Positions 33,317 to 44,212 of a stretch of DNA of 64,000 nt are shown one piece after another. Location of the stretch: the IMG/VR virus record IMGVR_UViG_3300029930_000001, positions 1 to 64,000 of that record. One strand, written 5' to 3'. This DNA comes from a virus. Its lineage: Duplodnaviria; Caudoviricetes. The notes below the pieces were generated by a model, which saw only the letters and a list, made by a program, of their open reading frames with translations, had not been told where the DNA came from and searched no databases. Made by a program: the position numbers and the translations under genes. The stretch's first letter is position 1. The number at the start of each line of letters is the position of its first letter.

Positions 33317-33835
33317 ATGGCATATCAGTTGCGTTTTGAAAGCAATGCGTTTCGGGCTGATAGTGCTATTGGCAGATTGGTCGACATCCTTGGGGCTTTT
33401 GGTCGTGGAGCGCGTCGCGCTGTTGGTATTAGGGTTGAAGAATATCAAGGAAACGAGATTAGACAGCTCAGAGGAATCAATCAACGCACATTTGACTTAG
33501 CAATGGATTGGGCAGATAATGATTTTGACGAGCAAATGCAGGCGATTAAGTGGGACTGGAAGGGGCAAGACGTTGTTACTCGCCGCAAAAATGGCGAAAA
33601 AGTGACTGAGCCTCGCAACATTATTGATCAAGGCGATTTGCTTGCAAGCAAGCGACGAGACGAGATTAGACGTGGCGTTACTGAATTTATTTGGGAAGAT
33701 GATGTGGCCGAGCTTGTCCATGACGGAGGAAGAACAAAAACAGGAGGAGTTTATCCTGCTCGTCCATGGACGGAGCCTACTCTCGATCAAATCGACAGTG
33801 TAATTGAAACTGTGCTTCGCAACGGAGGGCGCTAA
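33317..33835 (+). CDS. HK97 gp10-like neck/tail completion protein
   Basis: PRNIID.G.L..S, A..VH.GG, PARPW. Confidence 0.7.
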   Translation: MAYQLRFESNAFRADSAIGRLVDILGAFGRGARRAVGIRVEEYQGNEIRQLRGINQRTFDLAMDWADNDFDEQMQAIKWDWKGQDVVTRRKNGEKVTEPRNIIDQGDLLASKRRDEIRRGVTEFIWEDDVAELVHDGGRTKTGGVYPARPWTEPTLDQIDSVIETVLRNGGR

Positions 33836-33837
33836 TT

Positions 33838-36800
33838 ATGGCAACTTACAGAATTGATTTTTCTACTAATGCTTCTCGCATTGCGAATGAAATTGACAGG
33901 GTAAATAAAGCGCTCACTGAAGCCGTTCGCGCGTCTAAACCTGTTGAGATTAGGCTTGATGACACCAAGCTCACGCACCAGCTTAATACAACATTTAAGC
34001 AGCTAGATAAAGAAATTGCGAAGTACGAACGTAAGCTTCGCAAGCTTTCAATTGGATCTCCCGCATTTGGGGAGAAAGCCTCTCAAATTGGCCAATTAGA
34101 GGGCCGACAACAGATGGGGCAAATGACGGCTCAAGCCGTTCGTTTGCGAGCACAAGCTGGAGCTTTCCCTCAAGAGTCTTTTGCTGGTTTATCTCGCGAG
34201 ATTCAGGCAGCCAAAATAAGCGCTTCCATGATTCAGCCAAACACTGAGGCATGGACGAATTTACAAAGGGAAATTGCAAGACTTAATTTTGATCTACAGA
34301 AGGCTGATAAGCTAGCCGAAAATATTCAGCTTACTGAAAATCTTGGCGCATTCTCTCCTGGTAGTCTTAACGCCTTAGAAGCAAAACTTACTATTCTCAG
34401 AAACAGGGCTAAAGAGATTTCGCCTAGTACCACTGAATGGAAACAATTAAACAAGGAGATCGTACAAACAGAGCAGGCCATTGGAAGACAAACCCGCCGC
34501 CCTCTAACAAGAGGACAAAGACTTGGTGCTGCAGGAGGGGCGTTCTTATATGGCGGAGGTCTTGGAGGTGGCGTAGGAAGCGCTGTCGGAGGCATTGCCG
34601 GCGGCTTAGCAGGCGGAGTTCCTGGGGCATTCACGGGCGCGGCCATTGGTCAAGCAGCGGATAATTTGCAAGCAATGACCGCCGGCATGATTGAGCAGGC
34701 CGTCACCATTGAAAAACTGCAGATGGGGCTAGCCGCTGCATCTAATAATTTCAGCGATTTTGCGCGAGCCACGCAAGAAGTGGAGCAAATTGCTTTACGT
34801 CTTCTCATTCCATTGGACCAAGCTTATCGAAAGTTCACGCAATTGCGAGCTTCAACTGTTGCGCTTGGTTATGACACGGAAACCACTGGAAAAATATTTG
34901 AAGGGACAGCCTCTGCAGTTCTGAGAGCAGGCGGCAGCATGGATGACGTGGACGGCGCCATGCGAGCCGTCGTCCAAGTGTTTAGCAAAGGGAAGTTAAC
35001 AGCCGAAGAATTGAGAGGGCAATTAGCAGAACGACTTCCTGGGGCGGTTGTTGAATTTGCTCAATCTTCTGGCATGTCTGTCCAAGAGCTTGACAAAGCT
35101 TTTGAGGCTGGGCAAACGAGCATTGATGATTTTGTCGTTTTCTTGCGTCAAAAAGCAAAAGACTCGGAAAGCTTTACAAACGAAATGGCGACAAGCTCTG
35201 AATATGCTGGCGCTCGCATGGCGAAAGCATTTGAGAAACTGCGAATTAATATTGGTCAGTCCTTTCAACCGATGGGGGCCGCCTTTCAGGATTTTGCTAC
35301 AAGAAGCGTTGGCTTTCTTGACAAGGTTGTTCAAAAGTTAATTGAACTGCAGTTTATCCAGCCAGGCGCACAATATTACATTGCCGAAAACCTTGCCAAA
35401 GGAGGGAGCATAGAAGATCTTAAGCAGCAATTAACAGAAGCAGAGGCGCTGCTTGAGAAGACAAAAAAAGCTCAACAAGGTCTGCTTTACGGTGGAGGCG
35501 GGAGCATTTTTGATGCGCTTTTTGGTAATTTAACGGGCAAGCAAGGATCAGAGGGTAAGGTGAAAGCACTAAAAGAGGCAATCAAAGAGCTGGAAAAATT
35601 TCAAAAACTTGCGAAGCAGCGACAAACACAACAGAATGTGCAAGAGGAAAAAGAAGACAGGGGCAAGAAGCTTTTAGATGCCATCGAGAAGCGCGAAGAA
35701 AGTATTGCCAATGCAAGAAAGCAGCGAGAAGAAGAGATTGCAAACATTCGTGAAAATGCACTAAAGCAAATTGAAGCAATTGAGCGTAGATATAGGGACG
35801 AAAAGCTGCGCTCCGAAAGGGAACTTGGCCGTGTGCAACGAGAGATTGCTGCGTCGGCAGAAGAGAGATCTCTTTTAGAGCGTGAAGCAAGATCTGCCTT
35901 GACGGGTGAAGATCCTGCGCTGATTGAACAAGAACGGCGGTTAGGTGAAGCAATTCGTCGATACACAGAAGAAAAAGTAAGTATTGAAGAGCAAGAGCAA
36001 GACCGCAGACTTGCGAAAGACAGGGAGCTGGAGGATTTTAAGAAAAATAATGCTGACGCAATTAACAAGGCAAACGAAAAATATGCAAAGCAAATCGGAG
36101 AAATCCAACGAGCCTATGCAAAAACAGTTGCCAAATTAATTGAAGATGGCACTGGGAATGGAGCGAAGAGACTTGCTAAGGCCGGCCAGCTTATGGCCTT
36201 GATGATTTCGCAGGCTTCGGCACAGTCAAATTTCCAGAGAATTTCTGGACTACCAATTCGACCGGCGCAAGGAGGCGTTAATGTAGCAGGGCAAATTTAT
36301 ACAAACAAAGAAGACTTTGGTGCAACACTGACACAATCAGCCCTTAGCTCAAACTTGGCACCAACCGATATTCGATCTCTCATTGTCACAGGTAAAAACT
36401 ATTTTGATGCCGTCATTGAAGGACAGCGACTAACTGCTGAATTTGGTCGATTGTTTGAACAATCAGCCCAAGCGGCTACGGTCGCGCTTCCTACTATCAA
36501 CTTAGGCGATCTAGAGGCAAGATTTAAGGCGGCCCAATCACCTGCAGACGGTGTAGCGGCAAGCGTTAGGGATGCGCGCGAAGAACTGAATCAGCAGGAG
36601 AACATCCTCACGGCACTTCAATCAACGTTCACTGAAATTGGCGCGAGCAAAAACAAAGAATTACGCGATCTTATTGAGCAGGACAACCTTATTTCGGCTC
36701 AGATTGACTTGATTAACGGGGGAATGTTGCCGGCCCTTGCGGAGCAGGAGGCCGCAAATAACAGACAGTTTGAGCAGGCAATGGCGCGAGCTAAAGCGGC

Positions 36801-37815
36801 GGCCTCGCAGGCGGCAGCGGCAACAAAAGATAGCCAAGTGCAGGCAGAAATAGAGCGTTCATTGCAGAATCAGCTCAATACACTTGAGGCGATGAGCAAG
36901 GAATATAATACGCAGTCTCAAACGCTGCGTGATCGAGCGGCAATCTTGGAGGCGAGCAAAATACAAGCAGAAACTAGGATGACAGGAAGAGGATTAGGAG
37001 CTGGCTTCATTAACGAGGCCGCCACCGCTTTTGAGGGGCAACTGCTCAAGGGCGTTGACCCAGAAGGTGCCGCGCTTGTAGCAAAAGCGACAGAACAGCT
37101 AACCATTGCTAAAACCGCTGCAGACGCTCTTCAATCGTCTATTAATGGCATAGGCACTGCATTTGGAGAGGCAATGACGACTGGTATTGCGAGTCTGGTA
37201 TCGGGAACTGCCACTGCACAGCAAGTATTCGCCAGCTTTTTGCAAAGCATTGGCCAGTCTCTCCTTAATGCTGCAGGTCAAATGATTGCCACTTATACGG
37301 CTATTGGCATTGCAAAGATATTTGCAGGCATGGGCGGAGGAGGAGGAGGAGGGGGTCTGGAGCCAAACACTGCTGCCGGAAACGCTGCTTTCATGCAACG
37401 TACTGGCGCACTTGGTTTCGCAAATGGCGGCATCGCTCTTGGCGGCTTCCAAGCCTTTGCTAATGGCGGTATCGTCAAAGGGCCTACACTCGGCTTGGTA
37501 GGCGAGGGGCGTTACAACGAGGCCGTTGTCCCTCTCCCTGACGGCAAGAGCATTCCAGTGCAACTGGGAGGCCGTACAGCGCGTGATCTGATGGGCGGCA
37601 ATGCTCCAGGCATGCCACAGCAAACTTCCCTCAATATGAGCTTTGAAACGACCAAAATCAATGGCACGGAATACGTGAGCCGTGAACAGCTTGAACGGGC
37701 GATGGCAGAAACTCGTCGCGCCTCCATTGCTGGCGGAGCTCGTCAAGGCATGAGCATGACCTTAGATAGGATACAACAAAGCCCCTCTGTTCGCTCTCGC
37801 ATTGGTATTCGCTAA
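33838..37815 (+). CDS. tail tape measure protein
   Basis: 1325 aa helical; Q..SKGKL.AEELRGQLAERLPGA tape-measure domain; C-terminal FANGG, GEGRYNEAVVPL. Confidence 0.92.
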   Translation: MATYRIDFSTNASRIANEIDRVNKALTEAVRASKPVEIRLDDTKLTHQLNTTFKQLDKEIAKYERKLRKLSIGSPAFGEKASQIGQLEGRQQMGQMTAQAVRLRAQAGAFPQESFAGLSREIQAAKISASMIQPNTEAWTNLQREIARLNFDLQKADKLAENIQLTENLGAFSPGSLNALEAKLTILRNRAKEISPSTTEWKQLNKEIVQTEQAIGRQTRRPLTRGQRLGAAGGAFLYGGGLGGGVGSAVGGIAGGLAGGVPGAFTGAAIGQAADNLQAMTAGMIEQAVTIEKLQMGLAAASNNFSDFARATQEVEQIALRLLIPLDQAYRKFTQLRASTVALGYDTETTGKIFEGTASAVLRAGGSMDDVDGAMRAVVQVFSKGKLTAEELRGQLAERLPGAVVEFAQSSGMSVQELDKAFEAGQTSIDDFVVFLRQKAKDSESFTNEMATSSEYAGARMAKAFEKLRINIGQSFQPMGAAFQDFATRSVGFLDKVVQKLIELQFIQPGAQYYIAENLAKGGSIEDLKQQLTEAEALLEKTKKAQQGLLYGGGGSIFDALFGNLTGKQGSEGKVKALKEAIKELEKFQKLAKQRQTQQNVQEEKEDRGKKLLDAIEKREESIANARKQREEEIANIRENALKQIEAIERRYRDEKLRSERELGRVQREIAASAEERSLLEREARSALTGEDPALIEQERRLGEAIRRYTEEKVSIEEQEQDRRLAKDRELEDFKKNNADAINKANEKYAKQIGEIQRAYAKTVAKLIEDGTGNGAKRLAKAGQLMALMISQASAQSNFQRISGLPIRPAQGGVNVAGQIYTNKEDFGATLTQSALSSNLAPTDIRSLIVTGKNYFDAVIEGQRLTAEFGRLFEQSAQAATVALPTINLGDLEARFKAAQSPADGVAASVRDAREELNQQENILTALQSTFTEIGASKNKELRDLIEQDNLISAQIDLINGGMLPALAEQEAANNRQFEQAMARAKAAASQAAAATKDSQVQAEIERSLQNQLNTLEAMSKEYNTQSQTLRDRAAILEASKIQAETRMTGRGLGAGFINEAATAFEGQLLKGVDPEGAALVAKATEQLTIAKTAADALQSSINGIGTAFGEAMTTGIASLVSGTATAQQVFASFLQSIGQSLLNAAGQMIATYTAIGIAKIFAGMGGGGGGGGLEPNTAAGNAAFMQRTGALGFANGGIALGGFQAFANGGIVKGPTLGLVGEGRYNEAVVPLPDGKSIPVQLGGRTARDLMGGNAPGMPQQTSLNMSFETTKINGTEYVSREQLERAMAETRRASIAGGARQGMSMTLDRIQQSPSVRSRIGIR

Positions 37816-38198
37816 TGGCCAATTTCCCTTCGATTAAACCTAGTTCCAGGAGCTATTCTCCTGGACAATTCCCAGTCAAAACCTACAGAGGACTGTCTGG
37901 TGCCGTTGTCAAAAGAGTGTTTGGCAATAGAGCTTATGGCCATACCATTGAACTGCAATTCAATAATATTTCTGACGCCAATACAAAGGACATTCTCGAT
38001 CATTACTACGAACAAGGGGGGAGCTATCTTCGTTTTGCATTGCCAAATGAAATGTTTTCTGGCATAAACGACACTCTAAAGGGAGTGATACAGGCGCCTT
38101 CTAATATTTTGTGGGAATACGCAGAGCCTCCCATAGTGGAAAGCGTATTCAATGGTAGAAGCAATGTTAGCGTAAGATTGATTGGGGAGCTTAATTAA
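37815..38198 (+). CDS. distal tail protein
   Basis: Follows tape measure; FP...PS.R. Confidence 0.7.
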   Translation: MANFPSIKPSSRSYSPGQFPVKTYRGLSGAVVKRVFGNRAYGHTIELQFNNISDANTKDILDHYYEQGGSYLRFALPNEMFSGINDTLKGVIQAPSNILWEYAEPPIVESVFNGRSNVSVRLIGELN

Positions 38199-38704
38199 TG
38201 GCTGAAATTATCATTGCTCATTTTGCCTCTCTTACTACATCGTCTGGCAGCCAGCATTTATATCAAAATTTTTTCTATGGCACAGGAGGTTCTGCAGTGG
38301 CCATTCCTGGTGCAGGCGGGGAAGAATACGAATTTGCGCCATTTAGGGCGGAAGGCTCACTTGCATCGTTGAACGGAGATAATGCACCGTTGCGCCTTTT
38401 GTTTCCGCATAGTGCATTTACTATCGCATTAGTGGAGGAAGGCAATGGCAATAGGCTTAGCCAGCTTGGCCTTAAAACAGTTTGGCTTGGCAATGCTGGA
38501 AACCTTGCTGCTTATGAAGATTATTCATTGGTGGCGTTGTACGAGGAATATTATGTGGGGGTGGGTGCATCGTTTGACGATACCACTGTTGAACTGCGCT
38601 TTAGAAGTGCCATGGATAGTGTAGGGGCTTCATTCCCAAGGCGCACTTTCAATACAACGAATGTGGGTATTTTGCCAGTAAACGCAGAGATTGCACTGCG
38701 TTAA
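38198..38704 (+). CDS. minor tail protein (lambda L-like hub)
   Basis: Synteny; S.MD.V...FPRR. Confidence 0.65.
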   Translation: MAEIIIAHFASLTTSSGSQHLYQNFFYGTGGSAVAIPGAGGEEYEFAPFRAEGSLASLNGDNAPLRLLFPHSAFTIALVEEGNGNRLSQLGLKTVWLGNAGNLAAYEDYSLVALYEEYYVGVGASFDDTTVELRFRSAMDSVGASFPRRTFNTTNVGILPVNAEIALR

Positions 38705-39087
38705 TGAACGACTTAGTTGGGCTGCAATATAAATGGGGGGCCAATCCAGACGTAGAACATGGATTCACTGATTGCTTTCAATTGTTTTGCGCGGCAAGGC
38801 GAAGGCTCGGGCTATATGACTATGGCGAAGATTTTTCTTTTGCCTACAAAGAATACAATGAAGAATCGTTTCGTTTTGCGCGAATGGCGAGATGGATGTT
38901 GAGCAATGCAAGGGAAATTGACAATCCTCGGCCGGGATGTTTAGCAATGATGAAAGGGCGGGCGGCATTAGCTACAATGACCCCTGACGCTATTATTTGC
39001 ATTGCGCCAAAAGGGCGTAGTGTTAAGATACCACTAGCTTCTAGACAGCATAATTTGCGCTGGTTTTGCCCGAAGAAAGATGCGTAA
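38704..39087 (+). CDS. NlpC/P60-like tail assembly protein (lambda K-like)
   Basis: L.G..Y.WG......TDCF. Confidence 0.7.
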   Translation: MNDLVGLQYKWGANPDVEHGFTDCFQLFCAARRRLGLYDYGEDFSFAYKEYNEESFRFARMARWMLSNAREIDNPRPGCLAMMKGRAALATMTPDAIICIAPKGRSVKIPLASRQHNLRWFCPKKDA

Positions 39088-42000
39088 GCTTTTACCGTAT
39101 GAGCATCAATTAATTGAGGCCCTTGATATTACGGAAGAAGAGTATTGGCAATTTTGCCTTACGCGAGATAAATATGCGGACGTAAAGGTTGGGACAATTT
39201 ACGACATTAGGAACGAACCACTTAGTACTATCGCCCTTGTGTTGTCTATTGTTGGAACAATCGCGCAGGTGGCGGCTGCATTATTGGCGCCTCGCCCAGA
39301 TGTCCCATCGGCGGCAAATGCACGCCGTAGTCGTAACACTGCTTTTGCGCCACGTTATGGTTTTAATTCTTTTCAGGAAGTGGCACGCTATGGCGACCCG
39401 GTTAACTTGGTCTACACCAACACTAAAGATAATAGCGCGGGCGGATTAAGGGTGAACACATCTTTGGTCTGGTCTGCAGTGCAAAGTTTTGGCACAAGCC
39501 AGTTCATTCAAATGCTCGCAGTAGTTGGAGCTGGAGACATTGAGCTTTTTGATTACCAAAAGACGGCATTTGGCCAGGCCGTGCTTGAAGATTTTGCCAC
39601 GCAACGGTATTGGTTATACGCAAAAGAACAAAGCGGACTCTTAGCCTTTGGCGACTTAAAAAAGGGGGACGGAGTTCGCGATCCTAGTTACGACGGGCAA
39701 GGGGCTAATGGCTATGTGTATCAAGTTAAGATTGCAGGTCGACAAGCGGAGGAAGGGTTTAGTCAAGCTTTTTCACCATCGGCAAATAATACTCTCGGTT
39801 TATACGGAGTGGTGCCAATCAATGTGCGCGTAATTGAACGAAATGAAAAAGGTTATGTCGACAAAGGAGGAAAAGATGATTTGGGAGTGTATATCACAGA
39901 AAGCCAGAGAAGCATCTATTGGCCAAATGATTGGATAGCAGTTATTGGGGACAGGCCTTTATTCCCAGCGGAACGGGAAATAGAGATTGTCTTTAAGGAA
40001 GACGATGAAAAAATTGACGCTGATGCCGAATATGCGGCATTGGACTACAGAACGGCTCTTGTTTCTACGATTGACTCGGCAAGTTTATACAAAATTGGAG
40101 CTGCGAAGTTTCAACTCGTCAACGCTCAAGGCGCGAATGCATTAAAAGGCCCCGCCAGAAAAAGAGCAAAGATCAGTGCCGGTATTTACACTTTTAAATG
40201 TATCGAGCCCGGTGTTTTATGTGAAGAGGACTATGACATCAGGAATTACCAGGCAAAAGAAGACGATCTAAACAGTGATTTGACTATATTAAATGACAGA
40301 CTTGCGGCTTTGACCATTGAAGGGGAAGCCCTTAAGACTGATTATCAATACAAGGGGCCTGGTGCCGAGCTCATTGAGCAATATGATCAAGAGTTGGAAA
40401 GAATCTCCGACTTTCTCACGGCGAGCGATGCCATCTTGAAAGGAGACATTTCCAGGCAATCTCTTTATGATGTGGTTAAAGAGGCGAATGAATTCAAGGG
40501 ACTAACAAATAAGATTGATGGCGTAGAGGAACAGATCAAGATAAAAGAAGATCGCATCTCTGAGCTAGAGGATGAAATCGCGGAACTAAGAGCGCAAGAT
40601 CCACCAGATACTGATGCCATCGCGGACAAGCGACAGCGCAAGAAGGATCGCATTGCTGATAAGCGTCGTCTGCGGCAAGAGCGTCGCGAGCTATTCGCTC
40701 AGCTCACTGCAAAAGTTATTGAGGAAGGCTTATATGATGAGCGTAAAGGGACTAATTTGCGTGAGGAAAGGAAAAAAGCAAGGAGAGACAGAGAAAAGAT
40801 TAAGACGAAACGGAGTAAAATTGCCTCTGAAGTGACAAGAGATTATGATGCAGAAAATGCTCTTCTTGCTGAGTGGCAGGGCAGGTATGATGAAACGACT
40901 GCTCAAATTCAAGAAATTGAAAAGCGCCTACGTGACAAGGAAACTTTCAATGATCACTTTAATGTAAAATGCTTAGCAAAGGTAGACGAGATTTCCTATG
41001 GTACGCTGACAAATTGCGACATTGTAAACTTCTCCCTTAAATCAAAAATTTTCAAGCGTATTGCCGGTCGTCAAAGTAAATACGGAGAAACAAGCTCTGA
41101 CGGCCATAAAGACGCTGACAATGGCCTGCGCTTGCGTACAGCCATGTTTTGGGTGTTGTATAAAGAGACAGAGTCAAATGGTGACTACATTCGCGTGCCA
41201 GCAGTGTTTGCCATCCGCAAAGGCGTAGAAACGGACAACTATACGGATATTCGCTTTGTTTTTAACAAAAGAACAAAATGGAGCTTCAAGATGGAGCCCA
41301 TTGTTGACTTATCCGCAGAACTGCGCACCCACAATAATGGAAACGATATTGATGTGATTTATTTGGAAACAAAAAGCTATAAAAATACGCAGAAAAAAGG
41401 AGAATTTAGCCTAAAAGGAAGTGACGGTTTTATTGCCTATCACGGCCAGGACCCCTTAAGCACAGTCGATCGCCTACCTCCTCGAAACAATAATCCAGCC
41501 TTTGTTGACGAATGGGGCGTTTTTTCTATGCGTTCTGACACGCAAATTACTTTTTCTTTTGATGCGGGACCAGAGATTTCGCTGGCGGCAGTAACAGAGC
41601 AGCAAAGGGAGCCATTTTCAGACACTTTATATGGAAGCATGTCAATGCTTGGTTTCAATGCCTATAGCGGAAAGGGCGTGCAGGATTTGCGTTCGCTAAG
41701 TGCATTTGTTCTTAAAGGAAAAAAAGTGAGGAGAGTGAATGCTGATGGTTCGTATGACACGACTGCCATGGAATCAACAAGCTATGCCCCTGAAATCTTT
41801 TTTGATACCATCGTTGATGAAGTGAATGGTATTGGAGCCTATGCAAATATTGCGGGAGTGGATATGGAGCGACTTGGCAAGGCTAAATTATTCTGCAAAA
41901 AGAATAGCTATTACATGGACTGCGTGATTGCAGAGCCGCAATCTTGGCGTGAGTTTTGGACGACAGTTGCGCCCTATTCACTGCTTGAATTTGCAAAGAT

Positions 42001-42796
42001 TGGAGGAAAGGAAACCCTTTTTCCGGCGGTACCATTTGACGTGTATGGCAACATTACCAATGAAGTGAGTATTTCGGCACTGTTCAATCAAGGCAACATA
42101 TTAGAAGGTACATACAAAGAAGAGTTTATTGATTACGGAGACAACACCGAAGACTTGTTGGCCACAATCATTTATCGTGACACTGAATCGGACAAGTCAT
42201 TTCCAGGCAATACAAGCGTGCAACTTCGACTGGCGGACTCTAACGAGGCATTTTGTATTAGGCAGTCTTTTGACTTGTCCAATTACGTTTCTCGTCGCAC
42301 TCAAGCCATTCATTACGGCATGCTACTTTGCCAGCAGCGCCGCCATTCCAAGCGGGCCGTTGAATTTAAAACGTTTCCAACGGAAAGCCCCGTTGAACCT
42401 GGCAGTTATATTTATGTGCAAACAGACCAAAACGAATGGGATAATTTAAGGACCGGCAAGGTTGAGCAAGGTGGTATTATCAATTTGCCTATAGCAGAGC
42501 CTATTCAAGGCGGAAATTTTGACGCGCTACTTTACAAGGGATCCGCTGGGGTGGTCAAACTGTCTAATATTGCTATCAACAACAATCAAAGCAATAGCCT
42601 AATTGACTACACTGATTACTTAATTGTCCTTGGTACTGCCATTACTAGCAAGCGCGTATTCCGGGTGAGTGAAGTTGCAATGGAGGAAGAAGGGGAAGTG
42701 TCAATCAAGGCAATGGAGCACCCATGTAGCGAGGAAGACGGGAAAACGATTTCGCGCATTGTTCAATTTGATGAGCAACTTTTCCAAATAGACTAA
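39080..42796 (+). CDS. tail tip / central fibre (lambda J-like) with coiled-coil insertion
   Basis: N-terminal I-like segment, C-terminal tail-tip domain (FNQGNI.E.T.KEEF, A...G..L...R); charged helical insertion about 40244-40950. Confidence 0.8.
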   Translation: MRKLLPYEHQLIEALDITEEEYWQFCLTRDKYADVKVGTIYDIRNEPLSTIALVLSIVGTIAQVAAALLAPRPDVPSAANARRSRNTAFAPRYGFNSFQEVARYGDPVNLVYTNTKDNSAGGLRVNTSLVWSAVQSFGTSQFIQMLAVVGAGDIELFDYQKTAFGQAVLEDFATQRYWLYAKEQSGLLAFGDLKKGDGVRDPSYDGQGANGYVYQVKIAGRQAEEGFSQAFSPSANNTLGLYGVVPINVRVIERNEKGYVDKGGKDDLGVYITESQRSIYWPNDWIAVIGDRPLFPAEREIEIVFKEDDEKIDADAEYAALDYRTALVSTIDSASLYKIGAAKFQLVNAQGANALKGPARKRAKISAGIYTFKCIEPGVLCEEDYDIRNYQAKEDDLNSDLTILNDRLAALTIEGEALKTDYQYKGPGAELIEQYDQELERISDFLTASDAILKGDISRQSLYDVVKEANEFKGLTNKIDGVEEQIKIKEDRISELEDEIAELRAQDPPDTDAIADKRQRKKDRIADKRRLRQERRELFAQLTAKVIEEGLYDERKGTNLREERKKARRDREKIKTKRSKIASEVTRDYDAENALLAEWQGRYDETTAQIQEIEKRLRDKETFNDHFNVKCLAKVDEISYGTLTNCDIVNFSLKSKIFKRIAGRQSKYGETSSDGHKDADNGLRLRTAMFWVLYKETESNGDYIRVPAVFAIRKGVETDNYTDIRFVFNKRTKWSFKMEPIVDLSAELRTHNNGNDIDVIYLETKSYKNTQKKGEFSLKGSDGFIAYHGQDPLSTVDRLPPRNNNPAFVDEWGVFSMRSDTQITFSFDAGPEISLAAVTEQQREPFSDTLYGSMSMLGFNAYSGKGVQDLRSLSAFVLKGKKVRRVNADGSYDTTAMESTSYAPEIFFDTIVDEVNGIGAYANIAGVDMERLGKAKLFCKKNSYYMDCVIAEPQSWREFWTTVAPYSLLEFAKIGGKETLFPAVPFDVYGNITNEVSISALFNQGNILEGTYKEEFIDYGDNTEDLLATIIYRDTESDKSFPGNTSVQLRLADSNEAFCIRQSFDLSNYVSRRTQAIHYGMLLCQQRRHSKRAVEFKTFPTESPVEPGSYIYVQTDQNEWDNLRTGKVEQGGIINLPIAEPIQGGNFDALLYKGSAGVVKLSNIAINNNQSNSLIDYTDYLIVLGTAITSKRVFRVSEVAMEEEGEVSIKAMEHPCSEEDGKTISRIVQFDEQLFQID

Positions 42797-42828
42797 GCTG
42801 TTAGCATGTTGACAAACGAGACTTAACC

Positions 42829-43245
42829 ATGCCTTTTTATACTGGCCGCTCTGGCAAATTAAAACTTAACGGCACGGAAATGGTCAAGGTGAGAGACTGG
42901 AGCCTTGACACTGGCGTGGAAACCCTTGAGACAACCACGCTTGGAGACACGGCCAAAACTTATGTGCATGGGCTATTTAGCGCTACCGGCAGCGCTAATT
43001 TGTCTTATTACACGGGGACCAGTAACGGCGTAGTCAGTCTGCTTTCTCGCATTGCAAAAACAAGCGAAATCTCTGAAAACGATAAAGTGGAGCTTACTTT
43101 TGAAGTGGGCGCTGATCAATACTTTACGGCCAATGCCATCATCAATAGCGCGAGCATTGCCGTATCAACAGACGAACTAACCACTGCATCGTTTCAATTT
43201 ACGATCGATGGTCCGTTGATTACTGTGCAAACATCGGGGTCTTAA
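42829..43245 (+). CDS. tail-tube-fold minor tail protein
   Basis: WSL....ETLETT.LGD...TY..GL....GS. Confidence 0.75.
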   Translation: MPFYTGRSGKLKLNGTEMVKVRDWSLDTGVETLETTTLGDTAKTYVHGLFSATGSANLSYYTGTSNGVVSLLSRIAKTSEISENDKVELTFEVGADQYFTANAIINSASIAVSTDELTTASFQFTIDGPLITVQTSGS

Positions 43246-43250
43246 TTTCA

Positions 43251-44165
43251 ATGACTTTTTTCGTTGGACACACTGGCATTGTTCGCTTACGCAGAAGAAG
43301 CGCAGAGGAAATTACGCTGCGAACCAGCGTTGAACAAGACGAAGTTAATCAAATTTTGAATCGCTTTAGTTTTGCAAATAGCGAAGACAATTTACTCACC
43401 GGGGATCAAGTGGAAATTACCACTAGCGACCCGCGCAAGCTTGCGTTTATAGACGCGACGGCATGGCCAACTGCTTTACAAGTGCAACCAAGACTAAGGG
43501 CTTATGTCAATGTAAACGCCATCGGCGCTGTGCGATTGTACGATGCCTTTGTGGATGCTATCAATAATAACCGGGAGAATGAAATTCAACTCAATCCCTC
43601 ATTTGGAAGCCCAATAGACATTGAGCTTGTTGTCAGGGATAATGCGTATAATTCTCTTGGAAGTGTCATTTCTTATGAAATCAACACCGACCGTGCCGCC
43701 ATTGAAACAACCAGCCTTTCCGATGCTTTCCGCAATCAACACGCGGCGGGACTTATAAGTGGAAGCGGAAGCATTGAATGTTTGTTCAATGTAGGAGCGA
43801 TTTCAAACAAAGCGGAAGAACCCGCGTTATTTTTATTGCAAACGATTCAGCGATTGGACGTCGGTAGTGAATTAAGCCTATTGCTTTCTTTGTCTCCAGT
43901 AGAAGAGTCTCGCGACTTAAGAGTGTTTGCCGCGTCGCAAAATGAAGTGTTTTATGAAATGCAGGCAGTAATAACGCGGGCTGGTGTGACAGTTAATTCA
44001 GACGCCATTGTTTCTTGTTCCATTGATTTTTTAACTACCGGCCCATTTAAGGTGAAGATTGGCATACCTAATGATTATGTACTAAAAGAAGACGATGATC
44101 TCATTGAAACAGAAGAAAACCAAGAAACCGGACTTGGCTTCTTGTTGCAGGAAGTCACCGATTGA
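43251..44165 (+). CDS. minor tail protein with tail-tube-like C-terminal domain
   Basis: YEINT.R..IETTSL.D......GLISGSGS, paralogous to the upstream gene. Confidence 0.7.
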   Translation: MTFFVGHTGIVRLRRRSAEEITLRTSVEQDEVNQILNRFSFANSEDNLLTGDQVEITTSDPRKLAFIDATAWPTALQVQPRLRAYVNVNAIGAVRLYDAFVDAINNNRENEIQLNPSFGSPIDIELVVRDNAYNSLGSVISYEINTDRAAIETTSLSDAFRNQHAAGLISGSGSIECLFNVGAISNKAEEPALFLLQTIQRLDVGSELSLLLSLSPVEESRDLRVFAASQNEVFYEMQAVITRAGVTVNSDAIVSCSIDFLTTGPFKVKIGIPNDYVLKEDDDLIETEENQETGLGFLLQEVTD

Positions 44166-44212
44166 TTTAGCTAGTATTAGCTGTAGCATATCGAATATAG
44201 CGCTGTACTGGC

